Source: Selaginella moellendorffii (Eukaryota; Plantae; Lycopodiophyta). Taken from it: DNA of 64,000 nt. Made by a program: the position numbers and the translations under genes. Of the stretch, positions 1-11,560 are shown piece after piece. The notes below the pieces were generated by a model that saw nothing but the letters and a program-made list of their open reading frames with translations, was not told where the DNA came from and did no database searches. The stretch covers positions 1,562,362 through 1,626,361 of the forward strand of contig NW_003314278.1 of assembly GCF_000143415.4 (NCBI RefSeq), read 5' to 3'. Position 1 is the first letter of the stretch, and the number at the start of each line of letters is the position of its first letter.

Positions 1-6
1 ATCGAC

Positions 7-190
7 GACGCCTCGCGCATCGCGATGATCCAGGGCGCCGGGAAGCTGGGCAGGATCCGCGACGGAGACGATCTTCGCCAGCGTCACACTCGATCGCGTC
101 GCTTACAACGCGCTCCTCACGCTATGCCCGTGCTGGGTTCGTCGACGCCACTAGGAAGATCTTCCACACTCTGGACGACGAGGAACGAGA
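7..190 (+). pseudogene. PPR gene fragment; inverted, frameshifted copy of part of the PPR at 6367..8175
   Basis: Near-identical to the reverse complement of ~7093..7282 (DASRIAMIQ..GKLGRIRD..IFASVTLDRVAYNALL..RKIFH.LDD), with small deletions. May continue left of the window. Confidence 0.85.
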
Positions 191-310
191 TTTTTTAAGA
201 GAATAATCTAGCTTTTTAATTCGTGTTCCTTTGCTCTCTCTTTCTTTTTATTTTATTGTAGAATTTGTTCTATTTTTTAAAAGAAAAAATAATTTGGGCG
301 GTTTACAGCT

Positions 311-1600
311 TCAGTGCTCTAAGTTGTATACATATACCTCGCAAAAGCACATTTGTGTAAGCTTCGCAATAGGACGTGAGGAAAAAACATCCTCTCCAAC
401 ACCACCATCACACTGAAACTTGCAAGCTCCAAGATGAGCTCCCCAAGCAACCGGACATCCTGGCAAAAAGCTTATAACCTGTCGGGCCTCTGTCAGCTGG
501 CCAGTTCTCCCCAACATATCCACAACACAGCTATAGCGCTCCCTGGCATGGATCTATCCCATAGTCAATTGTTGCATGCTCAACAAACACTCAAGAGCTT
601 GATCTATCCATCCCAAATGGCTGCAAGCGACCAACAAGGTCATGAAACTTAGCCCAGAGAGAAAAGGAAAAACGCTATCGCAAAGAGAAGGAGGCCTAAT
701 TCTTTCTGACGCTGCCCATCGCTCACCCTTTCGATCGCTAGTTTGGCCTCACTCCTTCCACTGCCATTTCTTGGAAAACTTGATTTGACACCATCTCTGG
801 TGGGAATGAGCTATGGTCAAACACGTCCACGAGATCATGTCTCTGGCCTTCATACGCTGGAACACCTCTATTACTTTGGATCGATCTACTCGTCATGGAC
901 AGCATTGATCCAAGCTTTCGTGGACAATCTCAAGGAAGCATATTCCAGAGAGGAACTTGGTAGCTTGGAACTGTCTAATGGTAGTCCTGTTACGAAAAAA
1001 GCGCCAAGGGTGTGTTCGATCGAATGCCTGCTTGGGACTCAATAAGCTGCTCAACCGTGCTCGTTTGCAGCTCTCACTATTTGGATGGATCGGAGTCACT
1101 GTTTGAGAGAAGACGGGGAGAAGACACTGAGCTCCTGGAATGCAATCTTATCCATGCATTCTGGGCAGGGGGTCCCGTCCAGTGGAATCGACTCGAAGGC
1201 TTCCTTGGCTTTGAACACGTCAGATGCTTATCATCGCACTAAAGGTGACGAGAATTTTCATGAGTGAAAATGTAGAGAATCTCCAAAGTGACCGCTTTGA
1301 GCATATGCTGTACCCATCACATTCGATGTTACCACTAGTGGCTGGAACTTGGTCAAATAATCGTTTTGTTTCCTCAACACGATAAAAACCGTAAAAGAGA
1401 CAAGGTCCATCTTCGAAAACAGTGTTCTTGCTGTATTCTCCTTGGGCATAGACTTCAAGCATTGTGTTCCAAGTGATCACGCTCTTCGATGCTTCTGAAA
1501 AAGGCTCTTTCATCATCCATACTGATGGAATTACAAGAGATGAGATTCCATCTTGGCGAAAATATCTGATGCCTCTTTGTGAAGCTATAATGGTAAAACA
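311..1600. pseudogene. Degraded PLS-PPR remnants
   Basis: Short broken ORFs carry PPR motifs: DMLGRTGQLTEARQVISFLP..WGAHLGACK (-), SSWTALIQAF (+), SWNAILS (+), ITWNTMLEVYAQ..ETKRLFDQVP (-). No continuous frame. Confidence 0.7.
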
Positions 1601-1722
1601 CAATTATTTTTCCTTTGCCCAATTCGAGAACATAATTTGGTCCTTTATTAGAAATCTGGTATGAATTTAGATTACGACATTGTATAAATTGATGGACGAT
1701 TCATCCTTCACAACAAATTCCA

Positions 1723-2305
1723 ATGGCATCTTTCTCGTCTCCAGTGGTGTCCTCTCTTCTTGTGTGCTGCCTGTTTGCACAAGCTACTGTGGGTTTGCTC
1801 ATCCAGTATGGGTCTACCACAGTGGCGAGTGGTAATTTCATCCCCTTGAGCAGCACTGACTCGCCTCCCACAATCGACATCCAAGGCTTTCGCGGGAATG
1901 GCACTGCTCGTCTCCTCTCGGTGGTGATGGCGGATCAAAGAGCACTAATAGCTCCTTCCAAGGTCTATCCTTACATCAACTATTGGATTGCAAACATTCC
2001 TGCCGGTACCTCTGGTAAGTTCTTGACGTTCATCTATGATCTATATTGATCTGGTTTTCACAGGACCTGTGACGGCCAGCATTCTCGAGCCTTACGTTGC
2101 TCCTTCCAATACCAGCCACAACATTCCATACCCGAATCCTTTGAGTACGAGGAACCACACGTATGATTTCGTGCTCGTCCCGCAAAGGAACCCGCTGGTG
2201 AAGCCCATGGACAGCCGTCTCGTCCTCTCGCTGGCTGATATCATCCAGCAGTACCATTGTGGAAGCCCTCTGGAGACTCTTTCGTTCACCACCTCTCTCC
2301 ACTAG
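1723..2305 (+). CDS. Divergent PEBP-like (phosphatidylethanolamine-binding fold) protein with N-terminal signal peptide, 2 exons (1723..2014, 2064..2305), ~177 aa
   Basis: GT-AG intron 2015..2063 joins the two ORFs in frame. Motif order IQYG..V..GN.I / P.I / VVMAD / YWIANIP.G / EPY.AP / H.Y.FVL..Q / Y..G.P matches PEBP family layout. Hydrophobic N-terminus. Confidence 0.7.
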
Positions 2306-2703
2306 AAGTAAAAAGCTTATATGAATGAATTGTATGGAAGTCGATCGCACCATATCGCTGCACGACGAGAAAATAGCTTAGCACAAACATCCTCGCCTTT
2401 AAACTCGAGAAATCAGCTTGTTTGTGGTCCATGAGATCCCCAATCTTGCTTGTAAACGCTCCATTGGCAAGCTTATAGAGGTTGAGGTAGTCTTGTTTCT
2501 TCGAAGTTCTGTGATATAATCAGTTTCTTATAGAAAATTTCATTCTCTCGCGGCCACAAAAAAGCTCTGCTGGTCGTCGGATGTTGAGACCTCAGTGTGA
2601 AAAATGCCACGTTCAATGCTATCCCTTGCGTTCGTTTTCAATGTTTCCGCACACGCCAACTTTTCAGACAGCGGTCAAACAAAAATTTCGAAGTTCCAAG
2701 CCA

Positions 2704-4305
2704 CTAACTTCCATAGTAGCGATACACATATGGCGACGCCACCCCTGGATCCAAACTCGACGCAGCCTCCGCCACCCTTTGCCCCCGATGGGCATCTCCC
2801 TGCGTCTTGCAAGCGCCCAGCAAAGTTACCCACGAAACAAAGTCGGCCTTGAACGGCATCCCCCGGATCACCTCCTCGGCGAGCTCCAATTGCCCGAGCC
2901 TTCCCAGCATATCAATCACACACCGGTAGTGCTCCAACGTAACCCCGACGTTGTAGTCGCCATGCAAGGCCACGAAGAAGTCCCGGCCGCTGTACAAGAG
3001 CCCCGCGTGGCTGCATGCCGTCAAGATGGAGAGGAACGCCACGGCATCCGGCTGCATCCCCTCGAGCCCAAACTCTCGAAACAGCTCCAGCGCCGCGCCG
3101 CCATGGCCATTCCGTGCGTGGGCGACGATCACCGCCGTCCAGGCCGTCACGTCCCTGCGCTGGATCCCCTGGAACGCCTCCATGGCCAGCTCCACGCAGC
3201 CGAGGTTGCCATACATGTTTACCAGCGCCGTGAGAACGAGGAGGTGCGTGGTAAGATCAAGTCTCGTCCCAGCGCGTATCGCAGCGTGGATGGTTTTGCC
3301 GCGCTCCAAGGATCGCACGGCGGTGCAAGCGTCCAGCACCGCGATGAGGGTGATGGAGTCCGGGGCCTCGCCGTAGAGATCCATGATCCGGAAAAGATGG
3401 ATGCCTTCCTCGCCATCCCCAGACTGGGCATATGCCGCGATCATCGTGTTCCAGGAGATCAAGTCGCGCTCGCGCATTGTGTCGAAGATCTCCCTTGCGG
3501 CGGCGACGCGCTGGAGCTTGGTACCGTAGAGGTTGATGAGCGCGTTTTCTACCTTGAGCGGCGATCTCACCTTGGTATTGATGAAGCTCGAGTGGATGAA
3601 TTGCCCGTTTTCCAGATCCGAGCACGCCTCGATCACACTCAGGAATGTGATGTCGTCGGGACGCACGGGGCTCGCGATCAATCTCTTGAAAAGCGTGAGG
3701 GCTTCCTCGCTGCCATGCTTCGCATGAGCATAGGCCGCGATCATGGTGTTCCACGAAGCCGCGTCGCGGGTGGGCATATTCTCAAACAAGCCTCTCGCTA
3801 CCAAAATATGCCCATTCTGGGCATATGCTGTGACCAGCGAGTTCCACGAAATGACATCTTTTTGCGGCATCTTGTCAAACATTTCCTTCGCCTCGCACAA
3901 CATCCCTCTCTCTGAATACGCCGCCAAGAGTGTGTTCCACGACACCACATTCTTCCTCGGCATCTCCCCAAACACCCGCCTCGCCTCGTCAAAATGCCCA
4001 TTCTGGGTATATGCAGCGATCATGGTGTTCCACGAGAAAACATTCGGTTGGAGAATGCCCTCGAAGACCCTCCGCGCGTCATCGATGCTCCCGCACTTCC
4101 CATACATGTTGATCAAGTGATTTCCAAGGAAAGTATTGCACCGATCCTGCCCGGCAGTCGCCAAATGCCGGTGGATTCTCCTGCCTCCTTCCAGCGACGA
4201 GGAGCGTCCCAGGCGCTGGAGCAGTGACGAGTAGATCAAACAATCGGCCTCGGCATTGTCGGGAGGGAGGCGTAGAACATCGTCGACGCTCCTGGCTAAG
4301 TCCAT
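2704..4305 (-). CDS. PLS-class PPR protein with E-type C-terminus, intronless
   Basis: ~533-aa ORF with MYGKCGS, VFSWNTMIAAY, LSILTACSHAG, EHYRCVIDMLGR, WVTLLGACK. No DYW domain. Confidence 0.93.
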   Translation of the reverse strand: MDLARSVDDVLRLPPDNAEADCLIYSSLLQRLGRSSSLEGGRRIHRHLATAGQDRCNTFLGNHLINMYGKCGSIDDARRVFEGILQPNVFSWNTMIAAYTQNGHFDEARRVFGEMPRKNVVSWNTLLAAYSERGMLCEAKEMFDKMPQKDVISWNSLVTAYAQNGHILVARGLFENMPTRDAASWNTMIAAYAHAKHGSEEALTLFKRLIASPVRPDDITFLSVIEACSDLENGQFIHSSFINTKVRSPLKVENALINLYGTKLQRVAAAREIFDTMRERDLISWNTMIAAYAQSGDGEEGIHLFRIMDLYGEAPDSITLIAVLDACTAVRSLERGKTIHAAIRAGTRLDLTTHLLVLTALVNMYGNLGCVELAMEAFQGIQRRDVTAWTAVIVAHARNGHGGAALELFREFGLEGMQPDAVAFLSILTACSHAGLLYSGRDFFVALHGDYNVGVTLEHYRCVIDMLGRLGQLELAEEVIRGMPFKADFVSWVTLLGACKTQGDAHRGQRVAEAASSLDPGVASPYVYRYYGS

Positions 4306-4904
4306 TCCCACTTGTTAGTTCCAAGGTTTGAAAATCCATCTCCAAAACTATGCCCACGTTGACCAAGTTTAATCCCATTTGGTCAACGGCTCAATTAGTG
4401 TAGTTCCATTGACCAAGGAAAAAAAGGAAACCAAGAACCCTAGATTTCATGTAGTTATCGTACGAACGCACAGGGAGAAAATAGCTAGCTATAGTTTGTT
4501 CCACCAATTGTGGTGCAAAGGTAGAATTGCCTGTTCCTATCGTCATCCAAATTCCATTGAAGCTATTATCAACCATGCATTGGCTACTTGTACAGAGAAA
4601 TTTTGTGGCCCATTCCTCCACTCACGAATCGCGGCCATGGCCAAATCTGTCCCAAGGACAGGTACTTTGGCAAGGACACCCTGCCCTTACACGCCCATTT
4701 CTCTTTCTCTAGCTCCCCTAGCGCGAGAATAAGCGAGGGGTGAGCACGAGCGTGCACGGCTATGGCGACCGGCCAGTACTTCCCTGCCGCGCCTCCGCAA
4801 TGCTTGGAGGCCGTGGGAATGCCGGCGGCCGAGATCTTCGTTCTTGAGAGACAGATAGATTGATCGATCGGGCAGTGGGAGGGGAAAATTTCGGCCTTGC
4901 GAGG

Positions 4905-6103
4905 ATGATCAGCTCAAGCATGAATGTGGTGATGACGGTCTTGGGATTCGCGGTGAGCGCGACGTTCATCGTCTTCGTTTGCGCGCGGCTGCTGTGGCGG
5001 CGGCGGAGGCGGCGCGGGGCAGCGGCGCCGGGATTTCAAGTAGCTTCGGTAAGATTATCTCGATTTGGCCTTGGATTTCTGGGAAGTAGCGAGCGCATAG
5101 TTTCATGCAAGAGCTAAAATAGTTCTTTGTTTGGTTTCTTTCGTTCTTTTCTTCCTTTGCTTGGTGGTGCTTTAGCTCAAACTTAGCTATCTAAGTAGAC
5201 CTTTTCTTAGAACTGGTGGTTGATCCCTTTGATTTTCATTTTTTTTTTCAGATGGAGAGGAGCTTGAGTGGACTTGAGCCATCGGTGGTTGCGACATTTC
5301 CAAGCGTGAAGTACAACCAGCGGATGTTTTCGCGAGAAGATGCCTTGTAAGCCTTTGTTTTTCGTATATAGTTTGCTCGGCAAGGAGATATTGTCGCTAA
5401 AGCGTGTCCTGGTTTATCCTTTTGTTTATGCAGATGTACTGTGTGTCTCAACGATTATGCTGAGAAAGAAATGCTTCGCCTCCTTCCATGGTGTGGACAT
5501 GCCTTCCACATCGACTGTATAGACGCATGGCTGAGACAACACTCGACATGTCCCATCTGCCGGCTCTCTCTCCGCAGTTCTCCGGACAGGCGGCTGGTAA
5601 ACTATTCCCAGATGAATCCTCAGATGGCTCCAGCGATCAGATCACTGTTTGATCCAGAGCTCCAGCTCTCTAACGAGATGGAGCTCCAGTCACAGCATCC
5701 TCGTCATCCTCAGCAGCAGCAAAGTGTAGTCAGCCAGCAGCAAGGATGGAGCTCTCAAGTTTTCGAGTACGAAGGAACCGGGAACGACCACCAAAGGCTC
5801 GTGAGCAGCAGACCAATGAGGCCTGGAAAATGGAGTCTTAAATTGTGGAAGAGGTCGGATAGAGATGACGAGCATGGAGGTGGTGGTGATCACTCTGCTC
5901 AGCTCCTTGGTGCTCCTAGCTCGCAAGATTCCTCTGTGACTATCAACATCAACATTGGTCAGATGCCTCCACACGAAGTGAGTGGAGCTAACAATCACGA
6001 CAGTGACGCCACCAACAGCAACAGATCGGACGTTTCATCCGCGAACGACATGAGTATCAGTCTCCAAAGTCCGGGGTGTGCAAACGGCCGTGATGGTAAT
6101 TAA
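4905..6103 (+). CDS. ATL-type RING-H2 E3 ubiquitin ligase, 3 exons (4905..5048, 5252..5346, 5434..6103)
   Basis: N-terminal TM helix followed by a basic stretch, GLD-like motif ([11 protein letters not shown]), and RING-H2 [21 protein letters not shown] introns keep the frame. Confidence 0.93.
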
Positions 6104-6366
6104 AAGCTTTCTTTCCTTTCCGTTTGTTTCTCAGCGTCTCACTCCCAGGTCGACATGACGAGCAGCGAGAGATAAATGTGGACTCGAGCCATCACAGCAG
6201 ACCCGTGAACCTGTCAATCGAGCTCAACGTGTGTCACGGCGCGATTCTTGGATACTCGGCAGCGTCCCGCTCGTGAATCGTTTCCAAGTTGACAATGCTT
6301 TCGCTTTCATGAACGTTTTTTGTTCGTTTCTCGTTCCAGTGTATAGAAGAAAAACGACGACGTCCT

Positions 6367-8175
6367 TCATTTCTCCCATCGTCGCAGTTCTCTCCCGATT
6401 GTAAAGAGATGAGCCATAGGAATTCCATAGTCTCTGACACTGGGATCCTTGTCCGGCAGCGCTTCATCCAGGTACTGAATCATCTCCCGCTTGCAAACGT
6501 GATCATAGGCACTGACAAACTCGAACTTTGGTGAAACAGTGATCCTCGCCGCTCGCTCGGTGTCCCCGTGAGCCTCACAGGCACGCTTGAGAATCGTCCA
6601 GGCAGCAGCATCAGGAAAGAAAGGCATCGAGTTCACGAGCTCCTCGGCACGATCCAGCAGCTTGGCATTCCTCCCGAGAAGCTCGAGGAGGCAGTGGTAG
6701 TGCTCGAGGCCAGGAGGTATGCCATAGTCTCGGCCCATGGAGCTGAGATAGTAGCGCGCCCGCTTCAGCTGACAGGCAGTTAAAACGGCCGTGAAAGCCA
6801 GGCGAGTGGGATCGACGCCCTCGAGCACCATCCGGTGAAAGAAATGGATCGCGGCTCTGGGATGCCCACTCCGGGCATAGCCACCGATCATCACTGCCCA
6901 GGTGGTGGCGTTTTTCAAGACGAGGCTGTCAAACAAGCGCTTGGCCTGGAACACGAGCGCAGCTCGAGCGTAAGCTCCGACCATCGCAGTGGACGCCGCG
7001 ACGCACTCGTATGGCGATCGATCGAAGAGCTCCTCGGCCTCGTGGACGAGATCGCGCTGCGCATAGCACTGGATCATGTTGCTCCAGCTGGTCTCGTTCC
7101 TGGCGTCGTCCAGAGCGTGGAAGATCTTCCTGGCGGCGTCGACGAGCCCAGCGCGGGCATAGGCCGTGAGCAGCGCGTTGTAAGCGACGCGATCGAGTGT
7201 GACGCTGGCGAAGATCGTCTCGGCGTCGCGGATCCTCCCCAGCTTCCCGGCGGCCTGGATCATCGCGATGCGCGAGGCGTCCTCGGTGCGTCCCGGGCGG
7301 AGATCCATCATCTCCAGCGCGCGGCCAAGATGCCCAAACCGGGCATACGCCTGGATCATCTCGTTCCAGGCGACGCCATCGAGCTCCTCGATCTCGCGGA
7401 GGAGCTCGCGCGCCTGGGCGAGATGCCCGGACTGGGCATAGGCAGTGACCATCATCCGGTACGTGATTGGGTTCTTGGAATGCCCGGGCATGGAATCAAA
7501 CACCTCCTTGGCTTGATCGAAGAGACCCTTCTTACAGTAGGCCTGGATCACTACGTTCCAGGCGATGTCGATCCTGGTCACTGGCATCGCCCAGAGCATC
7601 CCTCGCGCGGTGTCGAGATGATCGCTCTTGACGAGCGCGGTAAACATGATACACCACGTCACGAGCTCCTGGACGGGGCGGCGATCGTAGAGAGCCTTGG
7701 CGTCGGCGAGCCTGTTCTTGGCGAGGTAAGCTCCCAGCATCACGTTGCGAGTGTGGGCGGTGATCGTCGGGATCTTGTCGAAGAGCTCTCGCGCCTCGTC
7801 GATCTTCCCGGCCAGGATGTAGGCCTGGACCATGAAGTGCCAGGCGATGTTGCCAGGTCTTGGCAGGCTCTCGAAGGTCACGCGCGCTTCTTCCAGGCAG
7901 CTGTTCTTGCCGAAGAGCTCGATCACCAGCGTCGCGAGCTCGGTGTTCTCGGTGAAGACGCCGCGCTCCAGGCACAGAGGGAGGATCTTCCTGGCGAACA
8001 TCACCTTACCTTTCCTCACGCACTCCAGCATCTTGAGCTCCAGCCCCCATCCCCGGTTCCTTGGAGCGAGCGGGTGTTGCAAGAATGGCTTTCCACCCCA
8101 TGTCTCCCTCCTGCTGTAGCTCCTGGCAAGCACGAATCTCGCAAGAACTCCTAGAGCTCTTCTCCTCGGCAACAT
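6367..8175 (-). CDS. PLS-class PPR protein rich in short (SS-like) motifs, with likely organellar presequence
   Basis: ~600-aa intronless ORF of ~31-aa repeats, ending EHYHCLLELLGR..MPFFPD..W..L..AC. Arg-rich, acid-free N-terminus MLPRRRALGVLARF. Confidence 0.9.
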   Translation of the reverse strand: MLPRRRALGVLARFVLARSYSRRETWGGKPFLQHPLAPRNRGWGLELKMLECVRKGKVMFARKILPLCLERGVFTENTELATLVIELFGKNSCLEEARVTFESLPRPGNIAWHFMVQAYILAGKIDEARELFDKIPTITAHTRNVMLGAYLAKNRLADAKALYDRRPVQELVTWCIMFTALVKSDHLDTARGMLWAMPVTRIDIAWNVVIQAYCKKGLFDQAKEVFDSMPGHSKNPITYRMMVTAYAQSGHLAQARELLREIEELDGVAWNEMIQAYARFGHLGRALEMMDLRPGRTEDASRIAMIQAAGKLGRIRDAETIFASVTLDRVAYNALLTAYARAGLVDAARKIFHALDDARNETSWSNMIQCYAQRDLVHEAEELFDRSPYECVAASTAMVGAYARAALVFQAKRLFDSLVLKNATTWAVMIGGYARSGHPRAAIHFFHRMVLEGVDPTRLAFTAVLTACQLKRARYYLSSMGRDYGIPPGLEHYHCLLELLGRNAKLLDRAEELVNSMPFFPDAAAWTILKRACEAHGDTERAARITVSPKFEFVSAYDHVCKREMIQYLDEALPDKDPSVRDYGIPMAHLFTIGRELRRWEK

Positions 8176-8260
8176 AAGATCGATCACCCTCTACGATCCC
8201 GCGACTACATTGGATAGAAAAACGATCTGGGAGAGAAAAAATCTCTTTTTGATGGAACTT

Positions 8261-9967
8261 CTACGTGCCCACGACCGCATTCGATAGCAAAACATACGGA
8301 GCGCCATCCTGAGAATCGGAGTCCTGCGCTTGCTCGACTCCAAACGCTGCGAGCTCCAGATTCCCGTGGATCTTGCAAGCGCCCACGAAGCTCGTCCACG
8401 CCACGCTCTCGGCGCCAAACGGCATGGACTCGAGCAGCTCTTTGGCGTCGAGAAGCCGGCCAGCTCTGGCCAGAGCATCCGCCATGCATCGAAAGTGCTG
8501 CGCGTCCCACTCCACGGAGTAGTCCGAAGCCATGGACAGGAATACCTCCTTGCTTTCGGCCACCAGGCCGATGTGGCTGTGAGCCGTGAGCAGCAGCAGG
8601 CAGCTCACCGCATCCGGATCGACTCCCTCCATCACCATCGCCGCGAAGAGCTCGATCACTTCTCGAAACAGCGCCCTTCTCGCGTAGGCCGACATGATCG
8701 AGTTCCAGGAGACGAGATCTCTGTCCGGGACGTTGTCGAAAAACCACCTCGATTCTTGGATGTGTCCCCTCTGCGCGTATGCTTCCGAGACGATTGTCCA
8801 CGAGACGGTGTCGCACTGCGGCATTCTGTCAAAGAACTCCTTGGCGCTCTCAAGATGGCCGGTTTGAGCATACGCTCCGAGCAGCGCGTTCCACGACACT
8901 GATCCCCTGTAAGGCATGGTGGCGAACGTCAGCTTTGTGTTTTCCAAGTCTTCGTGATCAGAGTAGGCCGAAAGCATCGTCTGCCAACACCTCCAACTTC
9001 GTTTCGGCATGCGATCGAATATGTTTATCACTTTCACAAGATGCCCGTTTGTGGCATTTACTGAGAGAAACGCTGTCCAAGACACTGGATCTCTTTCCGG
9101 TATGCGATCAAACATAACCTTGCTGTTTTCCAAAGAAGCGTTCTCCGCATGAGCAACCACCATACTCGTCATTGCGACAGTGCTTCTTTCCGGCACAATC
9201 TCAAACATCCTCACAGCCTCCACAAAATGCCCAGCCTGGGTATAAGCTTTGATCATCGCGCCCCACGAAACATCATCCCTCCCAGGCATCGCATCAAATA
9301 CCATCTTCGATTCCCTCACCAATCCCTGCTGCCCAAACGTAGAGACCATCGCATTGGACGGCACGATCCCCCACTCTGGCATCCTCAAGAACAAGCTCCT
9401 CGCCCCATCCAGATCGCCATCCTCGCTATACGCCACAAGCATCGCGGTCCACGGCACCACGTCGCGCTCCGGCAGTCCATCGAACAGCGCCTTGGCGTGC
9501 TCCACATCCCTGTTCCGCGCAAACGCCACCGCCATGGCGGTCATGGTGAGCGCGTCCCAGCCCGGCATCCGGAGGAAGACCCCGTGCGCTTCATCCAGAT
9601 CGCCGTCCTGGGCATGCGAGTGGAGGATCGTGGTCCAGGAGACCTCGTTCTTGAGCGGCATCGCGTGGAAGAGCTGGCGCGCGCGATCGGCATGGCCGTT
9701 GGTGGCGTAGGCCGAAATTAAGATGTTCCAGGAGAAGGAATTGGGGCGGCGGATGGTGGCAAACACGGATCGAGCGTCGTCCGGGCTGCCGCATTTGCCA
9801 TACATGTCGATGAGGAGATTGGCGATGAATCTGTCATCGGCAAGATGGATCGCCTGGAGCCGCGAGTGGAGGCGCCTGGCTTGGAGGAGATCGCGCTTTC
9901 TGGCGCAGGAGATCACGAGCTGGGCGTAGGAATCCGCTGGATCGAGGCGCGCTCGAAGGAGGGACAT
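8261..9967 (-). CDS. PLS-class PPR protein (E-type), intronless
   Basis: 568-aa ORF with MYGKCGS, a run of ~31-aa repeats, HSHIG, WTSFVGACKIHG and PYVLLSN. Confidence 0.93.
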   Translation of the reverse strand: MSLLRARLDPADSYAQLVISCARKRDLLQARRLHSRLQAIHLADDRFIANLLIDMYGKCGSPDDARSVFATIRRPNSFSWNILISAYATNGHADRARQLFHAMPLKNEVSWTTILHSHAQDGDLDEAHGVFLRMPGWDALTMTAMAVAFARNRDVEHAKALFDGLPERDVVPWTAMLVAYSEDGDLDGARSLFLRMPEWGIVPSNAMVSTFGQQGLVRESKMVFDAMPGRDDVSWGAMIKAYTQAGHFVEAVRMFEIVPERSTVAMTSMVVAHAENASLENSKVMFDRIPERDPVSWTAFLSVNATNGHLVKVINIFDRMPKRSWRCWQTMLSAYSDHEDLENTKLTFATMPYRGSVSWNALLGAYAQTGHLESAKEFFDRMPQCDTVSWTIVSEAYAQRGHIQESRWFFDNVPDRDLVSWNSIMSAYARRALFREVIELFAAMVMEGVDPDAVSCLLLLTAHSHIGLVAESKEVFLSMASDYSVEWDAQHFRCMADALARAGRLLDAKELLESMPFGAESVAWTSFVGACKIHGNLELAAFGVEQAQDSDSQDGAPYVLLSNAVVGT

Positions 9968-10125
9968 TCAAGTGGAGGCATATTCGGGGTTTTAGGGTTC
10001 TTATGATATTCTATGATCTAACGGCTACTATACATTTAGATTAATCTCGGGGATCTCACCGCAAATCAACTAGCGTCTGCGTAATAAGTTCGCAATAACG
10101 GAGGACGAGTTTTCTTGTGCAAAAT

Positions 10126-11560
10126 CTAGCTCCTTAAGTTGGAGCCTTTCATCGCCCTCGTCACTGCACAGCCAGGGAGCGATCCAACTTCGAAGATTTC
10201 TCTCTCGGACGCTGGAACGCCGAAATCAAACTGCTCGAGACGAACTCCCTGATGAAGATAGGAAGGATTCTGGTGCAAGAACCTGAAAAGAGCCAAAGTA
10301 GAAAGAGATAAGAGCTTCGAGATAAGTTCTTGCTTACTCGTTCATGTCTGGCAGAGAGCGAATCCTGGCTTGGCATGGAGAGAGATAGTATCTGTGACGA
10401 AACTCAACCTTGTTACGAAAAATCTGGTAGAGAAGAAATGGCAAAAGCTTACACGTCGCATAGCCTGGAGCTTCCGCTGCCACGAAGAATGATCTCCCGG
10501 ATCCATCCCCGCGGCACCGGAGGTGGAAGTTTGAGCGATGGTTTGAGAGCATTCTGCGGTACTCGTGAACCATTTTTCTTGTTCAATGCCCTGGCGCTTC
10601 TGTCACGGTTTCTCGACTGCCTGACGCATCTCTGGAGCACTAGCTTGGAAGGAGAATCGCGTGCTCGTTTCTTGCCTGCGACGTAGCTCTTATCAGCAGG
10701 TTGTGGTATCGTGTAACAAAACTGGTCTACGCTCAAGTCATAGTACTCGGGGTGATCTTCAAGGAACCTGGAAGAACAGTAAACATCCGATAAGTTCAGG
10801 ACATTCGAAGTTAGTTCTAAGCCACAAGTAGTAAAAAATCTAGTCTAGAACTAGAATAAAGGATGCCTACCACGTCTAGCAAGGTTTGGAGGACATCTAA
10901 GCTAGCTATAGAATCTAAGCTTGCTTATAGTAAGCTATTGCTATAGAAAAGGAAATCTAAGCTAGCTATAGAATCTATAAGCGAAAAGGAAAATCTAAGC
11001 TATAAGGTACGAGAAAGAAACTTACTTTGCAACCTCGACCATGGAGCGCAGCTTCTTCCCGCAAGGAGAAATGTAGTATCTAGGAACCAAGAAGAAAAGA
11101 AGTGGGCGCTCGATCGAGAGAGAAAAAAGATAGACGAAACTTACATGTCGCCAAACCTGGAGCACCCTTCGCTGCGAATGACGAAGTCGCGCTTCCAGCC
11201 GGCGGGCGTCTTGGGCAGATTGGGCTTGTCCAGCGCCCACAATCGATCATCGCCCTCCTGCTGGATGTCGCCCTTGATGTCGCAACACGCATCGGGCCTC
11301 CAGATTTTGGCGTCCTCGCACACCCACGGATTCTCCAGCACCCGCGCCCGGATGGATTCGTAGACCTCCTCGCTAGGCACCAGCCGCCATTGGCCGCAGC
11401 GCGAGCATTGGACTGTGTAGGCCTGGACCTCCGGCCTGGGGCCCTTTCTCCGCGTGAAACATCGCCTCACCTCCGGCGCCGGGACGATCGATCGGCCATC
11501 CTCTGCGGTGCTGAGCGGAATGGAAAGGAGCGATCGCTCCTCCGCCAGCGCCAGTTCCAT
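10126..11560 (-). CDS. CW-type zinc finger plus two tandem methyl-CpG-binding domains; 5 exons (11560..11145, 11079..11026, 10767..10453, 10391..10338, 10282..10126)
   Basis: YTVQC..C..WR..PWVC..CC CW finger as in plant MBD proteins. MBD1 is PAGWKRDFVIR..FGDIYYISPCGKKLRS..FL. MBD2 is PRGWIREIILR..CDVYYLSPCQARIRS..FL. All introns are GT-AG and in frame. Confidence 0.88.

Noticed and set aside
2581-3915. 444-aa plus-strand ORF (also 6835..8154 and similar)
   Set aside because: Antisense shadows of GC-rich PPR genes with no independent motifs.
10890-11005. Short repeats atctaagctagctatag in an MBD intron
   Set aside because: Low-complexity local slippage with no evidence of function.
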